64,000 bases of DNA, from NCBI GenBank assembly GCA_902806405.1, contig CADCWL010000001.1:8472-72471 (forward strand), given 5' to 3'. Both the position numbers and the translations under genes were made by a program. Origin of the DNA: an uncultured Thermomicrobiales bacterium. Lineage in GTDB: Bacteria > Chloroflexota > Chloroflexia > Thermomicrobiales > UBA6265. How positions within the stretch are numbered: the stretch's first letter is position 1; each line of letters begins with the position of its first letter. The notes under the pieces are model-generated. The model was given only the letters and a program-made list of their open reading frames with translations, was not told the origin of the DNA and ran no database searches. Shown here piece after piece: positions 21,657 to 31,684 of this stretch.

Positions 21657-22655
21657 ATGTCGACGGGTTCTCCCGGTCGCGGGTCCAGCCCGCTCCGGTT
21701 CGACGAGATGTCGCGGACCGAGCGGGTCATGGCCGCGGTCCGCGGCGAGCCGGTCGACCGCCTTCCCGTCTGTTTCTGGCACCACTTCCCCGCAGACGGC
21801 ACCGGGCGCGGCCTGGCCGAAGCCACGCTCCGGTTCTTCGACGAGGAGTTCGACCTCGACATCGCCAAGATGATGCCCGATATCCCCTATCCGCTGCCGA
21901 ACCGGTCGATCCGGAAGGCGGCCGACTGGCGCCTGGTGGAGCCGATCGACCGTGACCGGTCGCGCTTCTTCGCTCAGCGGACGGAGGCGGTCCAGGTGCT
22001 CCGCGACGAGCTCGGCTTCGAGACACCGATCATCGTCACCCTTTTCAGCCCCCTAGCCGAGGCGATGTACGCGGCGTACGACCAGGACCGGCTCCTGACC
22101 GACATGCGGGAAGCGCCGATCCTCGTGCACGAGGCCTTGAGCACGATCGCCGAAAATCTGCGCGCCCACATCCGCGATGTGATCGACGCTGGCGCCGACG
22201 GCGTCTTCTTTGCAATCCAGGGGTGCTCGACCGCGATCATGCCCGAGACACAGTACCGAGAGTTCGGTCGGCCCTACGACCTGATCGCCCTCCAAGGGGC
22301 TATCAACGGCTGGCTGAATGTCCTCCACGTTCACGGCGAGCGGGATCTGATGTTTGATCAGGTGCTCGACTATCCCGTCCAGGTCCTGAGCTGGTCGGAT
22401 CGCCTCGCGGGCCCGAGTTTACGAGAGGCCCGGGTGATCACCAGCAAGTGCCTGATGGGCGGCTGGCACGAATTCGGGGCGCTCTCCAACGGACCCGAGG
22501 AGAAGATCCTCGAGGAAGCGAAGGACGCGCTCGCCCAAACCGCGGGCCGCAAGTTCATTCTCGCCAACGGCTGCTCCGTGCCGGACGAGACGGACCATCG
22601 CTGGCTTCAGTACGCGCGGGAGGTGGTCGACGAATTGGAGGTCGATCAGGGGTGA
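21657..22655 (+). CDS. Uroporphyrinogen decarboxylase (URO-D) family protein, MtaA/CmuA-like
   Basis: RVMAAVRGEPVDRLPVCFW N-terminus and URO-D-like length and pattern. GAAGGAG lies before the ATG. Confidence 0.8.
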   Translation: MSTGSPGRGSSPLRFDEMSRTERVMAAVRGEPVDRLPVCFWHHFPADGTGRGLAEATLRFFDEEFDLDIAKMMPDIPYPLPNRSIRKAADWRLVEPIDRDRSRFFAQRTEAVQVLRDELGFETPIIVTLFSPLAEAMYAAYDQDRLLTDMREAPILVHEALSTIAENLRAHIRDVIDAGADGVFFAIQGCSTAIMPETQYREFGRPYDLIALQGAINGWLNVLHVHGERDLMFDQVLDYPVQVLSWSDRLAGPSLREARVITSKCLMGGWHEFGALSNGPEEKILEEAKDALAQTAGRKFILANGCSVPDETDHRWLQYAREVVDELEVDQG

Positions 22656-22693
22656 GGGAACCGGCGCCCCAAACCCCGGCGGGAGTCATGCGC

Positions 22694-22736
22694 GCGGAGG
22701 AGCCGCCGGGCGACGGTCGCCCGGCGGCTCCTCCGC
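22694..22736. terminator. 20-bp perfect GC-rich palindrome between convergent genes (bidirectional terminator-like)
   Basis: GCGGAGGAGCCGCCGGGCGA-cgg-TCGCCCGGCGGCTCCTCCGC, located between the stops at 22655 (+) and 22771 (-). Confidence 0.6.
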
Positions 22737-22770
22737 AGTGCTCCCCATGGATCCTTGAACGGTGCTCGGA

Positions 22771-23271
22771 TTAGCAGCTCAACGTCTGATCCCGCTCGTT
22801 GCCAAAGATCGTCGTCCAGTACCCATTCTGCTCGGCGATTCCGATCGCCTTGAAACGGCCGTCCAGCATGTTTTGCCTGTGTCCCGGACTCTCTTGCCAG
22901 CCTGAAACAACGGACTGCGGCGAGGAGTAACCCGATGCCACGTTCTCGCCAACCGCGGTCCCGTCGTACCCCAATTGGCGCACAGTAGTGAGCAGGTTCG
23001 GCGTGTGGTACAGCTTCTTCCGCCGTGCCATGTCGCCCGTGTGATCGGCCGCGGCGACGCCGAGCGGGCGGGACAGAACCAGCTTGCCTTCGTTGCGCGA
23101 GGCGCGATACCGGTTGATCAGCGTCAGCACCTGGCATTCATCGCCGCTCGGGTTGTACCCACCGCCCGCCTCGACGGCTCCCCCGTGCTGGCCAATGGGG
23201 ACAGCGACGGCCCCGCCCACGAGCAGCAAGGCGAGTACCAGTGACGGCCACGCTTTCGTCGATCGACCCAT
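22771..23271 (-). CDS. Secreted CAP/SCP/PR1-like domain protein
   Basis: Signal peptide MGRSTKAWPSLVLALLLVGGAVA. CAP motifs YRASRNEGKLVL.., GENVASGYSSPQSVVSGWQESPGHRQNML. Confidence 0.85.
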   Translation of the reverse strand: MGRSTKAWPSLVLALLLVGGAVAVPIGQHGGAVEAGGGYNPSGDECQVLTLINRYRASRNEGKLVLSRPLGVAAADHTGDMARRKKLYHTPNLLTTVRQLGYDGTAVGENVASGYSSPQSVVSGWQESPGHRQNMLDGRFKAIGIAEQNGYWTTIFGNERDQTLSC

Positions 23272-23479
23272 CCTCCGGCTTCCCTCCCAAGCGCCGAGCG
23301 ATCGGCGCCCTTTCCCTCGCCTCGTCACCGCAACACGCCGAGACACCATCTCCGTCCGGCCTAGCCCCCGGGCGGAGTCGTCACGTGCCCATGCTCGGAT
23401 CAGCACGGTGCACGACGACCTTAGTCGCCGTTACCCGTCCCCGTCCAGATTGGTCCAGCTGTCACCGTCGGGGCAGGGG

Positions 23480-24583
23480 TCAGTCGGCGGGCACCGGTAC
23501 GGGCGACACCGCTACCGACTTGTCCCGCTTCTCCATAATGTTCGTGGAGTGGCCGGCGTCGAGCCGCGCCTTGGGATCGTAGAACGTGACCGCATGGTTG
23601 ACGGCCGTCACCGCCTCCGCGGCCCCGGTCGCGATCAACTTGAACTTGGCCGGGTAGGCCGCGATGTCGCCGGCGGCGAAGACGCCGGGGATCGAAGTTC
23701 CCATCGTGATCTTGTCGACCACGATCTGGTTCTTCTGGAGCTCAAATCCCCAGGTCTTGAGCGGCCCGAGGTCGGCGACGAAACCGATCGCTACGATCAG
23801 TTCCTGGCACGCCACGTCGTGCTCGGCGCCCTCTCCATCCTTGAAGGCGATCGCCGCGAGGCGGCCGTCGTCCCCGGCGTGGACGGCCGTCACCTCGCAG
23901 CCGGGAAAGCGCAGGTCAACGCTAGACGCTTCCAGCTCGTCGACCGTCGCCTCGTGCGCCCGAAACTTCGACCGGTGGATCAGGGTGACGTGGCGGGCGA
24001 CCGGCTCGAGCGTGACAGCCCAGTCGACCGCCGAGTCGCCGCCGCCGACGATCACGACATCTTTACCCCGGAAGTCCTCGACCCGCTTCGCGAAGTAGTG
24101 GACGCCGCGGCCTTCCAACTCGCGCACGCCGGGGACGGTCAGCCGCTTCGGCTCGAAGGCGCCGACGCCCGCGCAGACGACGACCGATCGACTCCACCGC
24201 TCGCCCCGGCTCGTGGTGAGCCGGATCAGACCGTCCTCGACCGCGGCCAGCTCTAGGACCTCCTCGTTGAGCCGGATCGTCGGCTCGCCGCGGCGTGCCT
24301 GGATGTCGCACTGCGCCACGAAATCCTTGGCCAGGACCTTCGGGAAACCTATGACGTCGTAAATGTACTTCTCGGGATAGATCGCGGTCAGCGCCCCCCC
24401 GGGTTCCTCAAGGGAGTCGATGATCTGGGTCCGAGCCCCGCGCAGACCGGCGTAGAAAGCGGCAAACTGCCCGGTCGGGCCGCAGCCGATGATCGTGACG
24501 TCGTAGACGTCCCGCTCCGAGTCCACGGCCGACTGGGGCACGGGCGCGGCACCGTTTGCGGAGGGGGTCGTGGGCATGCTCAT
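23480..24583 (-). CDS. Thioredoxin-reductase-type ferredoxin--NADP+ reductase (YumC-like)
   Basis: YDVTIIGCGPTGQFAAFYAGLRG FAD motif and a second GGGDSAVDWA NADP motif. ATG at 24583 after GAGGAG. Confidence 0.88.
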   Translation of the reverse strand: MSMPTTPSANGAAPVPQSAVDSERDVYDVTIIGCGPTGQFAAFYAGLRGARTQIIDSLEEPGGALTAIYPEKYIYDVIGFPKVLAKDFVAQCDIQARRGEPTIRLNEEVLELAAVEDGLIRLTTSRGERWSRSVVVCAGVGAFEPKRLTVPGVRELEGRGVHYFAKRVEDFRGKDVVIVGGGDSAVDWAVTLEPVARHVTLIHRSKFRAHEATVDELEASSVDLRFPGCEVTAVHAGDDGRLAAIAFKDGEGAEHDVACQELIVAIGFVADLGPLKTWGFELQKNQIVVDKITMGTSIPGVFAAGDIAAYPAKFKLIATGAAEAVTAVNHAVTFYDPKARLDAGHSTNIMEKRDKSVAVSPVPVPAD

Positions 24584-24785
24584 AGACCGGGAACTCCTCG
24601 CTGCTCGACCCCTCGCCCGCCCCCAACCGGCGGCGATCGGGCCGCGTTGCTGCAGTCCGCATTCTACATCGGCCGTTTTTTGGGATGTCGCGCGGGACGA
24701 CACGGCGGCTCAGGCCCGCACTTCGCCCTGCCCTGGTGGGACACCCGACCGATCGCCCCCCGGAATTACTCCTGCCGGCGGGGCG

Positions 24786-24815
24786 TTGCCGAGCCCCGGA
24801 ACGCGCCCGTACAAT
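24786..24815 (+). promoter_or_regulatory. Sigma70-like promoter for the class I/II aminotransferase gene
   Basis: TTGCCG (24786-24791), 18 nt spacer, TACAAT (24810-24815). Confidence 0.45.
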
Positions 24816-24882
24816 GCGAACCGACCCCGTCGCCCGTCCCCCCCACGTGCCGGACCCTCTGCCCGGTCGAGGAGTTGCGCTC

Positions 24883-26118
24883 ATGGTCCAAACCTCGTCC
24901 GCCGACGCCTCGCCGAACCTCCGCGCGCTCCTTTCCCGTCGCGCACTCGACCTGCCTGACGCCCCCCGGCTCGACAACACCGAGGACGTGGCGACCCGCA
25001 TCTCGTTCGTCTACGGCTTCCCCGACCCGGAGTCGCTACCGGCGGCCGAGGTCGCAGCGGCGGCCGCGTCCGTCCTTGAGAAGAATGGCCGCTGGGCGCT
25101 GCAATACGGCGACACCGCCGGCTACCGGGGATTGATGGAGGCGCTCCTCGCCAAGTTGGAGCGCGACCAGGGGATCACCGCCGGCCGGGAGAACATGATC
25201 GTCACCGCCGGCGGATCGCAGGCGATGCAACTGGTCCTCGATGCGCTCGTGGACTGGGGCGACACCGTCATCACCGAGGCACCGACCTGGCTCGGGGCGG
25301 TGCAGGCGTTCAGGAACGTCGGCGCCGAGGTCGTCAGCGTGCCGGTCGACGGTCAGGGAACCGACACGGGGGCGCTAGAGCGGGCGTTGGTCCGGCTGCG
25401 CGACGCCGGCATCCAGCCGAAGCTGATCTACGTCATCTCCAATTTCCAGAACCCGAGCGGTATCTCGACCTCCGTCGAGCGCCGTCGCCGCATCCTCGAG
25501 CTGGCGCGGGAGCACGGAACGCTGATCTTGGAGGACGACGCCTATTTCGACCTGCGCTATGAGGGGGCCTCCCTACCGCCGATCTACGCCCTAGACGACG
25601 GCGCGTCGACGATGTATCTCGGCACCCTCTCGAAGACGATGGGCGCCGGGATGCGCCTCGGCTGGCTGCTCGCGCCGCCCGCGGTCATCGGCCGCCTCAC
25701 CGCTCTGAAGATCGACGGCGGCACCAACGTCTTCGGCGCCCACGTCGCCGCCGAGTGGCTCCCCGATCACCTGGACGCCCACGTTCGTGAGCTTCGGGAG
25801 ATCTACCGGCGGCGCCGCGATGTCATGCTTGCCTCCTTAGAGCGCCACATGCCGGCCGGGACGACCTGGACACGGCCAGAAGGGGGTTTCTTTGTCTGGG
25901 TCACCCTGCCGCCCGGGGTCGACACCACCCGAATGCTGCCCCAGGCCTGCGAGCGCGGCGTTGAGTACCTGCCCGGCGCCACCTGCTACGCGGACGAGCG
26001 CGGTCGGGACCAATTGCGCCTCTCCTTCTCCTTTGCCGCGGACGACACAATCGACGCCGGCATCGGGATCATCGCCGAGATCGCGAAGGGGGAGCTATCG
26101 GAGGCGGGGCGGAGTTAA
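24883..26118 (+). CDS. PLP-dependent aminotransferase, class I/II (2-aminoadipate/aromatic aminotransferase-like)
   Basis: GGSQAMQL, SNFQNPSG and TLSKTMGAGMRLGW (PLP lysine) motifs. ATG at 24883 after GAGGAG. Confidence 0.88.
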   Translation: MVQTSSADASPNLRALLSRRALDLPDAPRLDNTEDVATRISFVYGFPDPESLPAAEVAAAAASVLEKNGRWALQYGDTAGYRGLMEALLAKLERDQGITAGRENMIVTAGGSQAMQLVLDALVDWGDTVITEAPTWLGAVQAFRNVGAEVVSVPVDGQGTDTGALERALVRLRDAGIQPKLIYVISNFQNPSGISTSVERRRRILELAREHGTLILEDDAYFDLRYEGASLPPIYALDDGASTMYLGTLSKTMGAGMRLGWLLAPPAVIGRLTALKIDGGTNVFGAHVAAEWLPDHLDAHVRELREIYRRRRDVMLASLERHMPAGTTWTRPEGGFFVWVTLPPGVDTTRMLPQACERGVEYLPGATCYADERGRDQLRLSFSFAADDTIDAGIGIIAEIAKGELSEAGRS

Positions 26119-26151
26119 ACCGCTTCCGAGTGGGCAGTCAAACCCCGACCG

Positions 26152-28608
26152 TCAGTCCCCCTCCTTCTTCCCATCGTCCCCGCCGCCGTTCCCCTTGCCC
26201 CGATTCTCGTTCTCCTTACGTCCCTTCTCTTGGTCCTTCGGGTCCTGCACAGCCTTAACTGACTCCGCCTTGGCGTCACCCTCTGCCACCGCAGGCGGGC
26301 CGACGAGCCTCACCGTCTGACCCCGAGCCGGCGCGCTTTCGTCCACTACAGCGTCGGCGGGTGCGAGCGATGCTTCTGCCAGGAGAAGATAGGGGGGCAT
26401 CCCTTCGTGGGCCCCGGGCTGGAGGCTGACAACCGAGATCGTGTTCGTTCCCGCCCGGAGCAGGTCGCGGCCGATGCTGAACGGGACGGCGCTCCAGGAG
26501 GGCGACCGGCCGTTCCATTGTGGGAAGGGTGACGTGATCGGCTGGGACTGAGCACCGTTGACCACCAGCGCGAACTGGAAGGGTATTCCCGTCTCGTCGC
26601 CCTGGCCGGACAGCCAGAGGTCCATTCGAGATATGGGCTCTTCGAGGGTGAAGCTGAGCGTAGCGCTTGAGGAACCGCTGTCTACGCCATAGATGGCGAC
26701 CGACGGCTTGCCGTACGTTCCGGCATCGGCGTTCATCGCTCCCCGCCACTCCTGGGCGTCGAAGAAGGTAATGCCGGGGCCGGATAGAAAGCCGAGGGCG
26801 TTTTCGTCCCGCTCCACGGGCGCGGCCGTCGGATCTGCGTTGACGTCGTCCGTCTCCACGGGGGCGGCCGTCGGCTCCGACGGCACGTCCACGACCGACA
26901 CCGGCTGGGGCGGCGGTTCCGTCGCCGAAGCTGGGCCCGGCAGGCTTCCCCCGACCACCCCACTGGCACCGCGATCCACGGCGACGGGAGCGGGCGCGGG
27001 TGTCGCCGTCGCGCTGGGCGCAACGGTGACCGTCGGCTTGATGGGGATGGGCGTCGCGGTCGGCGACGGGGCCGGCAAGGTCGTTGGCAACGGGGTTGGT
27101 CGCGGGGTGCTGGTAGGACGCGGCGTGACGGTCGGCGCCGGCGTGATCCTGGCGGTGGGAGAAGGCGGCGCTGTCGACGCCACGGTCGGGATCGTTGCGG
27201 TCGCGGTCGGGTCGGGGGCCCGAGTCGCGGTCGCTCGTGGGGACGGGCTCGCGGTCGGTTCCACGACTGCCCCGATGATCTCGGTCTCGGCGGCGCCGGT
27301 CGGCGCCGTCGTGGGCACCGGGGTTATCTGCAGCACGATCGGCGCCGAAGAAGGCGGTGTTGTTGTCGGGGGGGGAAGCGACGGCTCGGTCGGCTCGGGC
27401 GCCGATACGACCGCGATGCTTGTCGGGTCCCCGTTGCCAACACCGAAGCGGTCCAGATCGGCTCCCGAGGCAGCCAGGCCACCGAGCGCGGCCACCGCGA
27501 GACCGAAGAGCGCGACGGGCGCTAACCAGGCGGCTCCCCGGCGGCGCGACCGGATGGGAGGAAGGGAAGCCTGGGGCATCTGCCGGGGCGAAGCCGCCGT
27601 CGGCGGCCCGATCGCGGTCCGCGACGGTGCCGATACGGCCGCCCTCGATGCTGGCAGAATCGCCGGCTCGGCCGCGACCGGCACCTGCCGCGTGGCCGTG
27701 TCCGTGGTGGGCCACCGTATCGCTGCCGCCTCCGAGGACCCGCGGCGGTCGGCGAGTGAAAGGTCAAGCGCGTTGGCCATCTCGTCCGCGTTGGCACGAC
27801 GGGCGGCAGGATCCTTGGCGAGCGCCCGCATCACCTCCGCTTCCAGAGCCGGCGGGACTTCGACCTCCGGCGCGACCTCGCTCGGCTGCGGCGGCGGCTG
27901 CTGGAGGTGGGCCAGCATCACCGCCATCGGGTTGTCGCCCTCGAAGGGAAGGCGACCGGTCAGCAGCTCGAACAGGACGACGCCGACTGAGTAGAGATCC
28001 GCCGCCTCGCCGAGCGCCGCTCCGCGCGCCTGCTCCGGCGCCATGTAGGCGGCCGTGCCGACCGTCGTGCCGTGCGTCGTCAGGCCGCCCTGAACGGGGT
28101 AATGGGCGACGCCGAAGTCGGTCACGCGGGCAACGCGGTCGGGCCCAAGCAGGACGTTCTGGGGCTTGATGTCGCGGTGAACGATCCCGGCAGCATGGAT
28201 CGCGCCGAGGCCGCGCAGGATCTGCCCCGCGGTCCGGACCGCGGCGGAAGCCGGGAGCGGCCCGCGGGCCTCCAGCTCGTCCTTCAGCGTCCGACCGGGC
28301 ACGTACTGCATGGCGATGAAGTAGGTGTCGCGGTACGCCCCGTAATCGTAGACATCGACGACGTTCGGATGGGAAACGGACGCCGCGACGCGCGCTTCCC
28401 GTTCAAACCGGGCGACGAAGGTGGGGTCCGCCGCGTACTGGGCGCGCAGCATCTTGACGGCGACTGTCCGCCCGAGGACCCGGTCGTGGGCACGGTAGGT
28501 AACGGCAAAGCTTCCTTCGCCGACCCGCTCCGCCAGCTCGTATCGGCCGCCGACGGGCTCGTCGCCCGTGAACAGAGTCGGCGCTTGCACGAAGGCGATC
28601 GCTCCCAT
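26152..28608 (-). CDS. Hanks-type Ser/Thr protein kinase with a TM segment, Pro/Thr/Ala-rich linker and unassigned extracellular C-terminal domain
   Basis: GEGSFAVTY..VAVK, HRDIKPQNVLL, DFGVA and YMAPEQ. TM helix AAWLAPVALFGLAVAALGGLAA. Details of the C-terminal part are under findings. Confidence 0.9.
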   Translation of the reverse strand: MGAIAFVQAPTLFTGDEPVGGRYELAERVGEGSFAVTYRAHDRVLGRTVAVKMLRAQYAADPTFVARFEREARVAASVSHPNVVDVYDYGAYRDTYFIAMQYVPGRTLKDELEARGPLPASAAVRTAGQILRGLGAIHAAGIVHRDIKPQNVLLGPDRVARVTDFGVAHYPVQGGLTTHGTTVGTAAYMAPEQARGAALGEAADLYSVGVVLFELLTGRLPFEGDNPMAVMLAHLQQPPPQPSEVAPEVEVPPALEAEVMRALAKDPAARRANADEMANALDLSLADRRGSSEAAAIRWPTTDTATRQVPVAAEPAILPASRAAVSAPSRTAIGPPTAASPRQMPQASLPPIRSRRRGAAWLAPVALFGLAVAALGGLAASGADLDRFGVGNGDPTSIAVVSAPEPTEPSLPPPTTTPPSSAPIVLQITPVPTTAPTGAAETEIIGAVVEPTASPSPRATATRAPDPTATATIPTVASTAPPSPTARITPAPTVTPRPTSTPRPTPLPTTLPAPSPTATPIPIKPTVTVAPSATATPAPAPVAVDRGASGVVGGSLPGPASATEPPPQPVSVVDVPSEPTAAPVETDDVNADPTAAPVERDENALGFLSGPGITFFDAQEWRGAMNADAGTYGKPSVAIYGVDSGSSSATLSFTLEEPISRMDLWLSGQGDETGIPFQFALVVNGAQSQPITSPFPQWNGRSPSWSAVPFSIGRDLLRAGTNTISVVSLQPGAHEGMPPYLLLAEASLAPADAVVDESAPARGQTVRLVGPPAVAEGDAKAESVKAVQDPKDQEKGRKENENRGKGNGGGDDGKKEGD

Positions 28609-28769
28609 CCGCGCGGCGCGTCGCCGCCGCACTTGTGTCGAATCCGTAGTCTAGAACGCACGGGACATGCCGACCATTTCGCCCGATATCCCGCGGGCGA
28701 CGCCGGGCAACCGGCCGGCAGGAGCGGCCCGCGTCACTGCAGCAGCCGGCGGCGGGAATTGCTCCGTCG

Positions 28770-29966
28770 TTACCCATCCCCGAGAGTCTGGGCGATACGT
28801 GCCCGATAGACGGGGCTGGCGGCGAGACGGCGGTCCGCCAGGTTGAACGCTTCCTGCGCTTCTCCGTCGCGGCCAAGCTCCCGCAACGCCGCCGCGCGAA
28901 CATAGAGACTCGGCCCATCGTCCGACCAGCGCGAGAGCACGGCGTCGGCCGCCGCCAGCGCCGCTGCCATGTTCCCCCGCCGCAGCTCGGCGTCGGCAAG
29001 GACGTGGTGCGCCTCCCACGCGGCGGGATCTACCGCGACCGCGACCCGTGCAACGTCGGCAGCGGCGTCCCAGTCGCGGGCGGCGAAGGCGACCGTGGCG
29101 CGCGCTGTTTCGCGTGCCGCCAGCGGGGTCGCCGGCTCGTCCAGGCGTCGGATCGTGGGGGCGTCCAGGGTGCGACGGGCGCCGTCGATGTCCCCGGAGG
29201 CCGCAAGCACACGCGCCCGCATCGGTGCGACGGTGGCCCCCTGCGCTCCCGGCGGAAGGGCGTCCAACTCGGCCAGCGCCCGGTCGAGGTCTGCCACATC
29301 GCCCCGGAACGTCCAGCGATCGAGGAAGACTTCGGCCCGGCCGATACGCGCCGCCGCCGATCCGGTATCGAGCACGAGCGCCCGGGTGTAATGGTCGAGG
29401 GCCGCCTGATAGTGACCGGAATCGCCCTGCGCGATGATCCGGGCGACGGTTCCCCTGCCAAGGAAGGCCTCGGAACTGGCAGGATCGAGCGCGACAGCGC
29501 GCCGGTAGCCCTCGTCCGCGGCACCGAAATCGGCCCGGCGGGCGGCGATGTCGGCCCGAAGCAGGTGAAGGACGACCCAATCGGGAGCGGCGGCGAGCGC
29601 GGCGTCGGCGTCGGCACCGGCTCCGCCCAGGTCGCCCGCCTCCATCCGTGCGGCAGCACGTCCGGCCAACGCCGCAATGTTCGACGCGTCGGCGGCCAGC
29701 GAACTCTCGAAGGTGGCGATAGCTTGCTCGCCGATCCCCGTCCGCTGGGCCGCTTGCCCGGTGGCGATCGCCGCCGCGACGGGGGAGGCCGGCGTTCCTC
29801 TCTCGGCTCCCGGCGTGACCACCGGTGACCGCACCGGGTACGGCGTCGTGGTCGCGATCAGGTCATCGTTGGTCCCGGTGGAGCACCCGGTCGCCAGGAT
29901 CAGGACGAAGAGTCCCCAGGCGGGACAGGACGCCCCGCTGCGGAACGGACGACAACGGGCGGTCAT
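28770..29966 (-). CDS. TPR-repeat lipoprotein
   Basis: Lipobox LILATGC followed by repeated Ala/Leu-rich TPR-like units. The start is uncertain (ATG at 29966, 29990 or 30008). Confidence 0.75.
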   Translation of the reverse strand: MTARCRPFRSGASCPAWGLFVLILATGCSTGTNDDLIATTTPYPVRSPVVTPGAERGTPASPVAAAIATGQAAQRTGIGEQAIATFESSLAADASNIAALAGRAAARMEAGDLGGAGADADAALAAAPDWVVLHLLRADIAARRADFGAADEGYRRAVALDPASSEAFLGRGTVARIIAQGDSGHYQAALDHYTRALVLDTGSAAARIGRAEVFLDRWTFRGDVADLDRALAELDALPPGAQGATVAPMRARVLAASGDIDGARRTLDAPTIRRLDEPATPLAARETARATVAFAARDWDAAADVARVAVAVDPAAWEAHHVLADAELRRGNMAAALAAADAVLSRWSDDGPSLYVRAAALRELGRDGEAQEAFNLADRRLAASPVYRARIAQTLGDG

Positions 29967-30187
29967 GTCCGTGACCCATCCGGCCCACATAGTCGCATTG
30001 TCGGCCACCGTTCTCGCCCGGACAACCGGGCGGGGCCCGCCGATCCGACGGTGGCCGCTCCCCTCACGAGCAGCGACGATCCGCTTCGTCCGCGTTGCCC
30101 CACCGCCGCGCCGCTGCGATCCTGACCGCGGTGCAACCGGAACTCGACAAACCGAAAACGCCGGCGCCTACCGCAGTGGAGGATCGG

Positions 30188-31480
30188 ATGCGACCGCGGC
30201 GACCGCTCGCGTTTCCCGTGGCCGGTCTGGAGGGGCAGCGGCGGGAGACGCTCCTCTGGATGTGCGCCCTGATCGCCGCCAATCAGCTCGGCTTCGGGGC
30301 GATCGTACCGGTGGTCCCGCTCTATGCCGAGGGGTTCGGCGTCTCGGAGTCGGCGATCGGCCTCACCATCGGCGTCTACGGTCTCGCCCGCTTCGCGCTC
30401 AACGTCCCTGCCGGTCGCCTCGCCGACCGCCACGGGCGCCGTCGTCTGCTCGCACTCGGGGGCCTTGTGACCGTCGCTGGGAACCTGAGCTGCGCCGTCG
30501 CGCCCGGTTACCTCGCCTTCCTCGGCGCTCGGCTCATCGCTGGGGCAGGGGCGGCGATGGTTCTGACGGGTGGCCAGACGGTCCTTGCCGACATCTCGGA
30601 GCCGCACAACCGCGGACGGGTGATGGCGATCTACCAAGGCGTCTTCCTCTTCGCGGTCGGCGCCGGGCCGCTCCCGGGTGGAGTCCTGGCCGCCCGCTTC
30701 GGCCTCGCCACGCCCTTCGCCGCGAACGCCGCGCTGGCCGCCGTCGCCCTCCTGGTCGCTTGGTTCCGGGTGCCGGAAACCCGTGGACTTCGGGGCGGAA
30801 GGGGCGACGGCTCGTCGATCGGGGCACCGCTCCCCCTGCGCGCGCAACTGAGTTTGCTGCGGGCGATCCCCGGCTTCGCTCTCGTCGGCCTCGTCAGCTT
30901 CTCGGTCTTCTTCGCCCGCACCGGGGCGCTCTTCAACGTCGTCCCGCTCGACGCCGAGCGGCGGCTTGGCCTCGGCCCGGACCGGCTCGGACTCGGGCTC
31001 GGCCTGATCAGCCTCGTCGGCCTCCTCCTCGCCTACCCCTCAGGCATGATGGTCGACCGCTTCGGGCGCAAGACGGTCATCGTCCCGGCCTCGCTGCTGA
31101 CCGCCGGATCGATGCTCCTCTTTGCCGTGGTTCCCTCGTGGGGATGGTTCCTCGCCGCCTGCGTCGTCTGGGCGGTAGCGAGCGGGATCGGTGGCGCGGC
31201 CCCGGCGGCGTACGCGGCAGACATTGCCCCAACCGGGATGACGGCGGCCGCGCTCGGCGGTTACCGCATGATCGCCGATGCGGGCTACGTCATCGGTCCG
31301 ATCCTGCTCGGCGCGATCGCAGACCTAGTGTCGCCCGCGGCAGCCCTCGCCGTGGCGGCCCTGGTGGTGACCGCCTCGGCGCTCGCGTTCGCCAGCGGTG
31401 CCCCCGAGACGCTCTCCCCGGGTATCGTCCGGGCTCGCAGCGCCGGAGACCGGGCCGGCGGTGCGGACCGCAGATCGTAG
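30188..31480 (+). CDS. MFS transporter
   Basis: Multiple TM helices and MFS motif A GRLADRHGRRR. ATG at 30188 after GGAGGA. Confidence 0.85.
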   Translation: MRPRRPLAFPVAGLEGQRRETLLWMCALIAANQLGFGAIVPVVPLYAEGFGVSESAIGLTIGVYGLARFALNVPAGRLADRHGRRRLLALGGLVTVAGNLSCAVAPGYLAFLGARLIAGAGAAMVLTGGQTVLADISEPHNRGRVMAIYQGVFLFAVGAGPLPGGVLAARFGLATPFAANAALAAVALLVAWFRVPETRGLRGGRGDGSSIGAPLPLRAQLSLLRAIPGFALVGLVSFSVFFARTGALFNVVPLDAERRLGLGPDRLGLGLGLISLVGLLLAYPSGMMVDRFGRKTVIVPASLLTAGSMLLFAVVPSWGWFLAACVVWAVASGIGGAAPAAYAADIAPTGMTAAALGGYRMIADAGYVIGPILLGAIADLVSPAAALAVAALVVTASALAFASGAPETLSPGIVRARSAGDRAGGADRRS

Positions 31481-31534
31481 ACCTGGCGTCCCGACGATTG
31501 TGCATCCTGTCCAGCGCCGTTCGTGGCCGCTCGG

Positions 31535-31563
31535 TTGCGCCCCTCTAGAGCGACCCGTATAGT
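31535..31563 (+). promoter_or_regulatory. Sigma70-like promoter for the ABC importer operon
   Basis: TTGCGC (31535-31540), 17 nt spacer, TATAGT (31558-31563). Confidence 0.45.
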
Positions 31564-31684
31564 GGCGCGACCTTCCGTACTGTCGCCTTCTTTGCCTCGG
31601 TCGCCTCCTGGAGCCGCTTGGTCCTCGGGTCGCGGAAGACCGCGGGCCCACGGCATGCTCGTACGAATCGGCAGGAGCACACCC

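Noticed and set aside
26900-27520. Repetitive-looking GC-rich DNA (recurring ggtcgg/gcggtc units), checked as a tandem repeat or CRISPR-like array
   Set aside because: It lies inside the kinase ORF and encodes the Pro/Thr/Ala linker. The units are degenerate and of variable length, with no repeat-spacer periodicity.
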